From a virus (lineage: Duplodnaviria > Caudoviricetes), in the IMG/VR virus record IMGVR_UViG_3300030059_000068, positions 1-31,277 of that record: a stretch of 31,277 bases of DNA; one strand, given 5' to 3'. Of this stretch, positions 9,789 to 18,216 are shown in pieces. Numbering within the stretch: the stretch's first letter is position 1; each line of letters begins with the position of its first letter. A program made the translations under genes and the position numbers. Under the pieces are notes generated by a model, which had not been told where the DNA came from, searched no databases, and was given only the letters and a program-made list of their open reading frames with translations.

Positions 9789-10228
9789 TGGGACAAGGTA
9801 GTTACATGCAAGGTAATCAACAGTTACCTATGCAGCAGCAACAGGCACAGTACTCACAACAGCCAACAGGTTTAGGTAAACAACCTTCTATGGCTTATGG
9901 AGGATTAAGCAGTCTTCCTGCTACTTCTCAATCTATGCCCACACCTCCACCTAACTTTACTGGTCTGCCTAATCCTGTTCCTCCTTTAAGTGCTATGCCT
10001 CCTGCTTTACCACCTTCAGTTCCTGCACCACCTATGATGGGAATGCCTACACCACCTCCACCACCTATGCCACTACAGCCACCTATGATGATGCCACAAC
10101 CTCCTATGATGCAACCACAACAGACTGTAGATACAGTGATGGTAGAAGATACAATGATACAACAGCCTAATTCTATTCAACCTCAACCATTACCACCGTA
10201 TAGTCCTTTTAATACTAATGGATATTAA
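9788..10228 (+). CDS. Pro/Gln/Met-rich low-complexity protein
   Basis: TAATG overlaps at both ends. Poly-Pro and PPMM repeats, and one MAYGGLSSL motif at 9890-9916. Confidence 0.7.
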   Translation: MGQGSYMQGNQQLPMQQQQAQYSQQPTGLGKQPSMAYGGLSSLPATSQSMPTPPPNFTGLPNPVPPLSAMPPALPPSVPAPPMMGMPTPPPPPMPLQPPMMMPQPPMMQPQQTVDTVMVEDTMIQQPNSIQPQPLPPYSPFNTNGY

Positions 10229-10656
10229 TGAACATAATAAGAATACAAACAAACTGCATAGAAGTTACTTGGCCTTACATTAAAGATTTCATACAGAAAC
10301 CATTAGATAGAAGTATGGGAGAAAGAAATATAGAAGATATATATTACTCATTAATACATGGTCAACAACAATTATGGGTAGCAGTAGATGAAGAAGACGG
10401 TATGTTTGGAATATGCATTACTCAGATACTAGAGTATCCTAATTTTAAAGCATTATCAATGCCTCTTATTGGGACTAAGCCACATACAATTAAGAAGTGG
10501 TTTGATTATGGAATGTGTGATGATTCTCCCATAATTAAATGGGCAAGAGAGTTAGGGATAAAAAGAATAGAAGGATATGCTAGAGATGGCTGGTTAAAGA
10601 TGACTAAGAAATACAACTTTAAAAAATACTACACTGTTATAACAAGGGATATATAG
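10228..10656 (+). CDS. GNAT-like protein, paralog 2
   Basis: Aligns end to end with 9351..9788: KPLDRSMGE, EDIY, QQLW, EYPNFK, WARELGIKRIEGYARDGW, YNFKK. Confidence 0.65.
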   Translation: MNIIRIQTNCIEVTWPYIKDFIQKPLDRSMGERNIEDIYYSLIHGQQQLWVAVDEEDGMFGICITQILEYPNFKALSMPLIGTKPHTIKKWFDYGMCDDSPIIKWARELGIKRIEGYARDGWLKMTKKYNFKKYYTVITRDI

Positions 10657-10658
10657 TG

Positions 10659-12986
10659 ATGGACTTGAAAAATTTTGTTAATGATCTTACAATCACAGAT
10701 AAGATTTGTCTGTATAATACTTTGTATGAGGAGTTAGCTTGTAAAGGTATTGACGGGGACACTGAACTTGCTCATGTTAATCAGCAAGAGATGGCAGTCT
10801 TGCGTGCAATGGGTGGTTCAGGAACAATTAATCCTAATACTAATCTTGTACAATTTGGTGGTGGTGGTTCACCTCCTCCTCCTCCTCCGGCTGCTTCATC
10901 TACTGTTACTCAGCAAGCTACTATTCCTGATGAACTTAAACCTTTTGTAACAGATATTCTTGAAAAGGGACAAGCTATTCAAGAACGAAGAGAAGATGAG
11001 GGATATGTACCTTTTGATGGTCCACGTATCGCAGGTTTTGCTGAAGAACAAGAAGAAGCATTTACAGGATTACAGGGACAAGTAGGAGCGGGTCAGCCAT
11101 TCTTTGATATAGCTACTGGATTGACTGCGTCTAGTGCACAAGCACCTACTGCTGAATCAGTAAGTCAATTCTCAAATCCATTTATACAGAATGTTATAGG
11201 TATACAACAACGAGAAGCAGAAAGATTAGGTGATGTAGAACGTCAGCGGATTGGTGCACAAGCTGTACAGGCAGGAGGATTTGGTGGTTCTCGTCATGCT
11301 ATTCTTGAAGCAGAACAGTCTCGTAACTTACAACAAAGGTTAGGAGATATACAATCACGTGGTAGTGCTGCAGCTTTTGAAGATGCACAAGCACGACTAC
11401 AACAACAGCGTGATCGTGAAAGACAAGCTGGTGCACAGTTTACAGGATTAGGTGCACAAGTTCCTGCTCAACGTATAAGAGAATTAACTGGTCTTGAAGC
11501 TGTTGGTGCACAACGTCAAGCACAATCACAACGCGGTTTAGATATAGCACAAGATGAATATGAGATTGCAAGAACATTTCCTGAAAGAAGTTTACAAGAT
11601 TATAATGCTATTGTAAGAGGATATTCGGCACCTATTCCTGCCTCTACATTACAGAGGACACAAACTAGTACACCTGCTCCTTCGTTCTTGCAGCAAGCAG
11701 CAGGAATAGGAGGATTAGCTTTAGGTGCAGGTAAAGCATTTGGTGGTCTTAACCAAGGTGGTTTGGTTGCTTTAGCTGAAGGAGGAAAACCTGAAAAACC
11801 TTCTTTATTAGAAAAACAAGAAGAAGAGATTACAGAAAAAGCTAACAGAGAATCTTTATCTCAGGGTCAAGAATTTATTAATGAAGACTCTCCTAGCTTT
11901 GAAGAAGAATTTTCACAAGTTCAAAATTTAGGTAGGCAGATAGGTAGAAGTATAGTAGCTAGTCCAGCAGAGTATTCTACTAAGCCAGGACAGTCTACTC
12001 CCGGTGGAGCAAAAGGACAAAATTTTAATGTGGGTGGTAACTTTGGCTTTAAGAAGGGAGGTTTAGTTACTTTAGCACCAGGAGAGATGGTAAGCGAAGC
12101 AGAAGAAGTGGAGGTAAAAGAAGAAGAGTATTCTCCTGCTATAATGGATATGATAGTTAAGCCATCTAAAAGTTTGTATAAAAAAGCTGGACAGTATGTT
12201 GATAAAGCAGGTGCACAAATTGATGTAATGGGTGAAAATTTCGGAGGTACTAGAAAAGGATTAGAAGAGGCTAGAAAAAATTTAGAAGAGAAAAAGAATA
12301 TTCTAGGACAAGGGACTATCACACCTGATCAAAAACAAAAACAAACAATCACTAAAGGAAAAGGTGGTCAGGAGGAACTTGTTAAAAATCTGATGGCGTC
12401 ACTAAATAGCAATAATAATTTAAGTGGTATATCAGATGTGATGGCATCACAAAAAGAGGTGAATAAAGAACAAGCTAAACTTAGTGCAGAGAAAAGAAGA
12501 ATCTTAGCAGCACAGAATAAAGATATGGAATTTGGCGCATTAGATTTTGCTGCAGGACTATTGAAGTTTGCTGCAGCTGATCCAGAAAAACATACTACTC
12601 AACAACTAGCAATTGCGTTTGGAGATATGCCAGAGAAGATGCAGAATGATGCTAAAGAAAAGAGGGCAAATGAATTAGCTGTCGCTGGTTTAGATGTAGC
12701 GGATGCTAGATTAAAAGCTGATGGTGAGATGAAGATGCTTACTCTTAATATTGCACTGAAAAAAGCAAGAGCATCAGGTGCTATAAATGCAGGAGATGCA
12801 GCAAAAATTATAGAGGCTGTAGGTCAAAATCCTGCAGCAGCGGTAGCAATGGCTAAATCTAAACAGTTTCCAGCTAATGTAAGTGCAGCTATTCTTGCAG
12901 CAGAAGGTTCATCACCACAAGCGCCGCCTAGAATACCCCCTAAGGGAGACGTAGTTAAGGCTACTTCCATGAAGGAACGACAATAA
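10659..12986 (+). CDS. Internal virion / DNA ejection (pilot) protein
   Basis: Contains the pilot-type region STVTQ..IP..LKPF...YVPFDGPRIAGF...NPFIQNVI...AGGFGGSR, plus Gln/Ala-rich coiled coil. The ATG at 10659 follows an in-frame GTG at 10656. Confidence 0.7.
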   Translation: MDLKNFVNDLTITDKICLYNTLYEELACKGIDGDTELAHVNQQEMAVLRAMGGSGTINPNTNLVQFGGGGSPPPPPPAASSTVTQQATIPDELKPFVTDILEKGQAIQERREDEGYVPFDGPRIAGFAEEQEEAFTGLQGQVGAGQPFFDIATGLTASSAQAPTAESVSQFSNPFIQNVIGIQQREAERLGDVERQRIGAQAVQAGGFGGSRHAILEAEQSRNLQQRLGDIQSRGSAAAFEDAQARLQQQRDRERQAGAQFTGLGAQVPAQRIRELTGLEAVGAQRQAQSQRGLDIAQDEYEIARTFPERSLQDYNAIVRGYSAPIPASTLQRTQTSTPAPSFLQQAAGIGGLALGAGKAFGGLNQGGLVALAEGGKPEKPSLLEKQEEEITEKANRESLSQGQEFINEDSPSFEEEFSQVQNLGRQIGRSIVASPAEYSTKPGQSTPGGAKGQNFNVGGNFGFKKGGLVTLAPGEMVSEAEEVEVKEEEYSPAIMDMIVKPSKSLYKKAGQYVDKAGAQIDVMGENFGGTRKGLEEARKNLEEKKNILGQGTITPDQKQKQTITKGKGGQEELVKNLMASLNSNNNLSGISDVMASQKEVNKEQAKLSAEKRRILAAQNKDMEFGALDFAAGLLKFAAADPEKHTTQQLAIAFGDMPEKMQNDAKEKRANELAVAGLDVADARLKADGEMKMLTLNIALKKARASGAINAGDAAKIIEAVGQNPAAAVAMAKSKQFPANVSAAILAAEGSSPQAPPRIPPKGDVVKATSMKERQ

Positions 12987-12988
12987 TA

Positions 12989-15900
12989 ATGTCTGAAGAA
13001 CAACAAGCACAACCTGCCGCTACATCCTATGATGGTCTACAAGAAGATCAGAATGTTATAGATGCAATGTACTATTCGCTAGAGAGTTTAGGCGAACCAG
13101 TAGCATATGGTAATAACAAAGATATCCTTGATGCTTTTCTTACACAGAATAGATACTTTGAATCTAATCTTTTAGATACTGTTCAAGTAGGAAGTAAAGT
13201 AGAGGATATGGATGACACTGATAGGCATTTGCTTGGTGTATCTATGGATGCTGTTAACAGAATGCCTAGCTTTGGAGAAGACTCTGCACCTAAGTTGGCT
13301 GCTATAGTTGATTATGGCATAGGAGGAATTACTGATCCTACTAATATTGCTTCAGCTATTGCAGGTGCGTTTACTGCGGGTGGTGGTACAGTAGCAATAC
13401 AAGCTACAAAAGAAGCAGCTAAACAAGGAATAAAAAAGTATATTCAGGCAAAGATGAAAACACTTATTTCACCTGCAGTCTTGAAAAGTTTAGCTGCAGA
13501 AGGTGCGGTTGCTGGTACAGGTGGTGCATATCAAAACTATGATAAACAAAATACTCAAATAGATTTAAACCTAAGAGAAGAAATTAACCCTACTGAAATA
13601 GCAATACAAGGTATAGCTGAAGGTACACTTAGTCCTTTATTAGGAGCAGGTGTAGCTACAGTTGGAGGTATTGGTACAACAGCTATTAAAACTTCTTCTC
13701 CTTATAAGTATGTTAATGAAATACCTAGTGTAGAACGAGCAAGCGCATGGTTAGAAAGAAACTTATCTCCTACTGCAGGAGTATCAGAAACTCAAAGAAG
13801 GTTAATAGAACGTAGATCAGGAGAAGCATCTAGTATTAAGCAGCAAGGAGAAGAACTTACTGAAGAATTAGATGAGATTATTAAAAGAGATTTTGTTACT
13901 GATTCATCTGGTTCATTGTCTGCAGCAGATAAGCAGTTTGTTGAGGGACAAGAGAGTATTATTAATAAAGCTTTACAGGGTGATGAGGAGGCATTAGGAC
14001 AACTAGCAGATAGAAGTGTTGATGCACGTACTGTAATAGATAATTTCTTTACTGTAAGAGATAGCGCATTTAAATATGGAAAATCTTCTAAGCTAAATCC
14101 TCAAACTATAGGTACATTTAATAAAGACGCAAACTATGTAAGGAGTGTTCCTGAAGCATATGCAACAACTAAACGTGCAAAAAACTTTGATCAGTTTTTA
14201 AAAGATGAACCTAATATTTTAGAAGAATTAAAAGTAAATATGAGAGATGATCCTTCTAATAAAAGATGGAGTAGCTTTACTAAAAAATATATAGATGAGA
14301 AGGGTATAAGAGTAGGAAGTGATTCTTTAGAAGACAAGGCAGTTCGTCAATTTGCAGAACAATTATATAAACCTACAAGACAATTTAGAAAAGAAACAGG
14401 CGCATTTGAAAAGAAGTTAGATACACAAGAACTTCCTAGCACAGTAAAGAAAATACTAGGTTACAATACTCGCCCTGCTTTACGTGTAGCAGAGACAATA
14501 AATGCTATCATGGATACTGCCGTTAGGTCTAACACTGCTGCAGATATAGCTGGAGACGCTATACGTAGGGGTGTGGGGGTACGTGCTACTGATCCTGCTA
14601 CTGCTGCACAACAGCTAGGTGTAGATGATGTGATATCTTTAGCAGGTAGTGTGCAGAAGAAAGCATTTAAAGGTAAGCAGCCAGAACTTGAAGACACTGT
14701 AATGAACCTTCCCTTTGGTAGGATAGATGATGATCTTAAAAATGTATACATTACAAAGGAAGAAGGATTAAAACTTAAAGAGTTATTGACTGAAGATTTT
14801 ATTGGTTCAAGTTTAACTACGAGAGATGATTTAATTGGTAGTTTATCTCGTGGTGTTATGAATGTCCAAGGTTTCACAAAGGCAGGTAAAACAATTTATA
14901 GTCCTTTGTCTCAACTAAGAAACATAGCTGGCGCAGTAGGTTATACAGTAGCTAGTGGTAATGTTAAAGGAGTAAAGGATGGACTAACAGCATGGAAGTC
15001 TATGTATAAGGGAGGAAAATCAGACAACGAATTACAGCAATCTTTGATAAATGAATTTAAAGAAATGGGATTACAAGGATCAAGTATTGATCTTAACCAA
15101 ACACTAAGAAGGTTTGGAGATATTAGTGAACGTATGGATGATGGTACATTTATAGAAAAATTTACTATAAGTGGGGGTGGTTCTGTCTTAGGTAAACCGG
15201 GAAGAGGAGTATCTAAGGCAGCAAGGAAAGCATACGGTGCTTCTGATGATGCTTTTAAATTTGGTGCTTATGTTAACGAAAGAAAAAAAGCTTCAGATGT
15301 ATTTGATAACTATAGTCCTGAAGCACGGCAGCAAAAACTAGCAGACTTTGAAAGAGAATATCAAATCACCCCCGGTACAGCTACTAAAGAAGATTATATA
15401 AAAGAAAAAGCTTCTATTAACACCGCTAACATTACTCCTATCTATAGTCGTATACCTCCTCTTTTAGAAAAGATGAGACAAGTACCTGTGCTAGGTACAT
15501 TTACTGCTTATCCTGCCGAGCGTTTAAGAAATAGTTATAATGTTTTAAAGCTAGGTTCAGATGAAATGATTGAAGGCTTTGAAACAGGCAACAAGGTCTT
15601 ACGTAATCAAGGTCTTAAACGTTTAGGTCAATGGTATGCAGCACAAGGGGCAATCTATACTGGTGCTTATGCAGCTAATGAAGCTGCAGGTAATTCAGAA
15701 CTGTTAGAAAAAATGCGTAGTTCTTTACCTGATTGGGAGAAAGATGCTGCTCTTTTAATAACAGGAGCAGATAAAGATGGTAATCCTACTTATATAAATT
15801 TAAGTTATCTTAACCCTGATCAACAACTAGCTGATGCTATTATGCCTATAATGCTGAAGGCAGGTAGGGGTGAGGACGTAACAAAAGATTTAGATAAGTC

Positions 15901-16750
15901 TTTGTACAGAGCAGCTACAAATATTTTTAAACCTTATCTTAGTCCTTCTCTTGCAGTAGAAGCAGGTAAACCTATGTTTGATATAGTTAAGTCTGTAATA
16001 TCAGGAGAAGGTTTACCAGATGATTCAATTCTTAAATTAGTTAAAACAGTAGAACCGGGATACACTAAGATGGTAAGAGACATGGCACAGGATGCTAACG
16101 TCTTTGAAAACTTTGGTGAGATAGGTACAGATGCAGAAAGATTTTTCTACCCTCAAACATTTGGTAATACAGGTGATGATGCAGAAGGATTCTTTGATCT
16201 ATTAGAAAAGAATGGTTTATACTTTGGTACTAAAGAACAGGTCTTTGATCCTAAAAAAGTTATGGGTTATAGTTTAAATACTATTAACTCTAATGGGAAA
16301 GATATTGCTAATGACTTTAGAATTGATTTAAGAGAGCAGTTGTCTGACCCACGTACCTTATATACTCCTGAAAATATACTAAAAGATTATGATGAAGTTC
16401 TACAGCAGCAGTTTGTAGGGCAACAGAGTATGCATAAGTTGTTTAAAGATATGAAGGGAATTGTGGGAGATGATAAACTACGAAAGTATCTACGATCTGT
16501 AGATTTACAAGGTGTAATACCTTCTAAAAACTCAATAGCTTCTATCATCAGAGGTGATCTTAAACCTATCAGACAATCTCAAAATAGTAAGTTCTGGAAA
16601 GATAGAGAACGGCAACTAAGAGAAAAAACAGGTAACTCTTATGCACGAGAGTTAAGTAATCTTCGCCAAGATATGTCAAAGCTAGAACTTTTCTACATGA
16701 ATAGTAATTTACTAGGTGATCCACCTGATGTAGTTATTGGAGAGGATTAA
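12989..16750 (+). CDS. Large internal virion/ejection protein (T7 gp16 / P22 gp16 position)
   Basis: 1253 aa and mostly helical, with N-terminal DPTN..AIAGAFTAGGG hydrophobic helices. C-terminal PVLGTFTAYPAE.LRN and LPDWEK...YINLSYLNP motifs are seen in large podovirus core proteins. It is the last large gene of the virion arm. Confidence 0.7.
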   Translation: MSEEQQAQPAATSYDGLQEDQNVIDAMYYSLESLGEPVAYGNNKDILDAFLTQNRYFESNLLDTVQVGSKVEDMDDTDRHLLGVSMDAVNRMPSFGEDSAPKLAAIVDYGIGGITDPTNIASAIAGAFTAGGGTVAIQATKEAAKQGIKKYIQAKMKTLISPAVLKSLAAEGAVAGTGGAYQNYDKQNTQIDLNLREEINPTEIAIQGIAEGTLSPLLGAGVATVGGIGTTAIKTSSPYKYVNEIPSVERASAWLERNLSPTAGVSETQRRLIERRSGEASSIKQQGEELTEELDEIIKRDFVTDSSGSLSAADKQFVEGQESIINKALQGDEEALGQLADRSVDARTVIDNFFTVRDSAFKYGKSSKLNPQTIGTFNKDANYVRSVPEAYATTKRAKNFDQFLKDEPNILEELKVNMRDDPSNKRWSSFTKKYIDEKGIRVGSDSLEDKAVRQFAEQLYKPTRQFRKETGAFEKKLDTQELPSTVKKILGYNTRPALRVAETINAIMDTAVRSNTAADIAGDAIRRGVGVRATDPATAAQQLGVDDVISLAGSVQKKAFKGKQPELEDTVMNLPFGRIDDDLKNVYITKEEGLKLKELLTEDFIGSSLTTRDDLIGSLSRGVMNVQGFTKAGKTIYSPLSQLRNIAGAVGYTVASGNVKGVKDGLTAWKSMYKGGKSDNELQQSLINEFKEMGLQGSSIDLNQTLRRFGDISERMDDGTFIEKFTISGGGSVLGKPGRGVSKAARKAYGASDDAFKFGAYVNERKKASDVFDNYSPEARQQKLADFEREYQITPGTATKEDYIKEKASINTANITPIYSRIPPLLEKMRQVPVLGTFTAYPAERLRNSYNVLKLGSDEMIEGFETGNKVLRNQGLKRLGQWYAAQGAIYTGAYAANEAAGNSELLEKMRSSLPDWEKDAALLITGADKDGNPTYINLSYLNPDQQLADAIMPIMLKAGRGEDVTKDLDKSLYRAATNIFKPYLSPSLAVEAGKPMFDIVKSVISGEGLPDDSILKLVKTVEPGYTKMVRDMAQDANVFENFGEIGTDAERFFYPQTFGNTGDDAEGFFDLLEKNGLYFGTKEQVFDPKKVMGYSLNTINSNGKDIANDFRIDLREQLSDPRTLYTPENILKDYDEVLQQQFVGQQSMHKLFKDMKGIVGDDKLRKYLRSVDLQGVIPSKNSIASIIRGDLKPIRQSQNSKFWKDRERQLREKTGNSYARELSNLRQDMSKLELFYMNSNLLGDPPDVVIGED

Positions 16751-16756
16751 TTATAA

Positions 16757-17116
16757 ATGGAGATGGACGCACAGTTTCTATTTCAAGTAGGTGCTGTAGT
16801 AGCATCTCTGTCAGGTGCATGGGCATTGGTACGTGCACAGGTAGCTGCATTAAAGTCTACACAGAGTGAGATGAAGAACTATATAGATGAGTTGAATAGA
16901 GAACAAGACTTAGTAGAAAATAACGTAGCTGTTTTACGTAGTCAGATAGGAGTGTTGACTGCTATTCTTAGTCCTAACAACCTAGCAAAGGAATACAAAC
17001 GTAAGGGAGTAGTACATGCTCAAATAATTAAGCTTCAAGAAGAAGTACAAGTATTACAGCACATGCACAATGGTCGTCATCCTACAATACAGAACAATGA
17101 CTCTGTAGATGTCTAG
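16757..17116 (+). CDS. Small membrane-anchored coiled-coil protein
   Basis: N-terminal hydrophobic helix (FLFQVGAVVASLSGAWALV) followed by heptad-like sequence. RBS gagga upstream. Confidence 0.6.
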   Translation: MEMDAQFLFQVGAVVASLSGAWALVRAQVAALKSTQSEMKNYIDELNREQDLVENNVAVLRSQIGVLTAILSPNNLAKEYKRKGVVHAQIIKLQEEVQVLQHMHNGRHPTIQNNDSVDV

Positions 17117-17117
17117 G

Positions 17118-17193
17118 AAGACCACACAGAGCAAGTAGTATATTTTTGGGGGATGGGTAGCCAAGCCTATCGTTAACCCTACTCACGGGTCTT
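17118..17193. terminator. Convergent intergenic region with an imperfect stem-loop; candidate terminator between the genome arms
   Basis: AAGACC (17118-23) pairs with GGTCTT (17188-93), and inner GATGGGT (17152-58) pairs with GCCTATC (17165-71) using G-U pairs. There is no clean U-tract after the stem, so support is weak. Confidence 0.3.
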
Positions 17194-17636
17194 TATATGG
17201 CTTCAATTTCTTCTTGTTCTTCCTTAAACCAGTCACATTGTAAGAAAATCTTAGATGATCTTTCTTCACCTAGTATTTCTAAACTTCTAACTATCTCATC
17301 CTCTAGTTCTGCAATTGATTTAGGAACTTCATCATCTTTAGATGTTCTGATCTTAGACAAAACTTCCAAAGCTTTAATTGCACTGTTCGTATGCCCATTA
17401 TTCTTAGCATATGTATATTGATTTTCAATCTCAGTGATGACATCAATATTAGTTTCTAATTCTTTTTCTAACTCTTCAATTCTTTCCTGTATATCATTAC
17501 GCTGTACTAGTCTATGACCTTGTGTATGTGCAGACACATCAGAGTAACCAGCAATCTTAGCTGACTCAGTAGCATTCCTATATAAGACGTATGCTTGACA
17601 GAACTTTTCTTGTTTAAGATTTAATTCTTTAGTCAC
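17193..17636 (-). CDS. terS: Terminase small subunit
   Basis: LNLKQEKFCQAYV..RNATESAKIAGYS..SAHTQGHRL...IQERIEEL is the TerS N-terminal HTH signature, and AIKALEVL follows later. Confidence 0.8.
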   Translation of the reverse strand: MTKELNLKQEKFCQAYVLYRNATESAKIAGYSDVSAHTQGHRLVQRNDIQERIEELEKELETNIDVITEIENQYTYAKNNGHTNSAIKALEVLSKIRTSKDDEVPKSIAELEDEIVRSLEILGEERSSKIFLQCDWFKEEQEEIEAI

Positions 17637-17829
17637 AGAATTTTTCCCATGTTAGGTTATGACTTAATAGTTGTCTAGCAGTTTCGTTGGAGAGAGAGTC
17701 AGCATCACTGATTAGAATTGGAAAGGACCAACTACAGAATGCCGCCTCTCCTCCAACGCTTCCGCAACTGCTTAGAAACATCATCATCAGAAAGCTTGTT
17801 AACTTTGTTTTCAATTTTGTTTCTTTCAT
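17629..17829 (-). CDS. o-spanin (Rz1-like lipoprotein)
   Basis: Lipobox LSS-C after a hydrophobic stretch and a C-terminal ETARQLLSHNLTWEKFC. It overlaps the 3' half of the i-spanin in another frame. The exact start is uncertain (17835 or 17829). Confidence 0.7.
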   Translation of the reverse strand: MKETKLKTKLTSFLMMMFLSSCGSVGGEAAFCSWSFPILISDADSLSNETARQLLSHNLTWEKFCD

Positions 17830-17953
17830 TTGCATTGTCTACTGCTACTTCTAGTTCTTTCTTTTTCGAACTATCTTTACCTGCTTTAAAAGCAAATACT
17901 AAAGGAAGTATTTTTGTAAAGAAATTAAATATAGGAGAAAGAATAGACCACAT
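17732..17953 (-). CDS. i-spanin (Rz-like)
   Basis: N-terminal TM segment followed by a charged coiled coil (ERNKIENKVNKLSDDDVSKQL). It overlaps the lipoprotein gene and follows the holin with a TAATG overlap. Confidence 0.7.
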   Translation of the reverse strand: MWSILSPIFNFFTKILPLVFAFKAGKDSSKKKELEVAVDNANERNKIENKVNKLSDDDVSKQLRKRWRRGGIL

Positions 17954-18201
17954 TACTTTTCTTTTACTACCTTAATCTTACCTTTAACCGTTGGTACTTC
18001 TTCTACTACTACAGGTTTAGTACCTGTTTGTTTTGCCTTGCCAATAGTAAGGCTAAGAAACTCTACTGCTTTATATATCTTTCCGAGAATAGTATCTGGA
18101 TCAGGTGTACGAGTACCTGCAATAAAGATACTGGCAATAGTGATGATACCTGTAAGAGTAGGTACAATAAGGTCTAAGTTACTTGTGATATTTTCTAGCA
18201 T
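17953..18201 (-). CDS. Putative holin
   Basis: TM helix followed by TRTPDPD..LGKIYKAVE.L.L.IGKAK and a basic C-tail. It lies directly upstream of the spanins. Confidence 0.6.
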   Translation of the reverse strand: MLENITSNLDLIVPTLTGIITIASIFIAGTRTPDPDTILGKIYKAVEFLSLTIGKAKQTGTKPVVVEEVPTVKGKIKVVKEK

Positions 18202-18216
18202 GGTAATTTCCTTTTG

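Noticed and set aside
9940-10120. CCACCT/CCTATG short tandem-like DNA repeats
   Set aside because: They are explained by Pro/Met codons of the low-complexity protein and have no regular period or spacers.
799-14877. Short minus-strand and alternate-frame ORFs inside the + arm genes (e.g. 1362..1607, 6818..7111, 11921..12322, 14461..14877)
   Set aside because: They are shadows of well-supported genes, with no RBS or recognisable motifs.
12989-16750. Loose GG matches (FTAGG, MYKGG, ISGGG) in the 1253-aa protein
   Set aside because: They lack the AEGG/GGLV context and do not sit at evident module boundaries, so they were not counted with the motif family.
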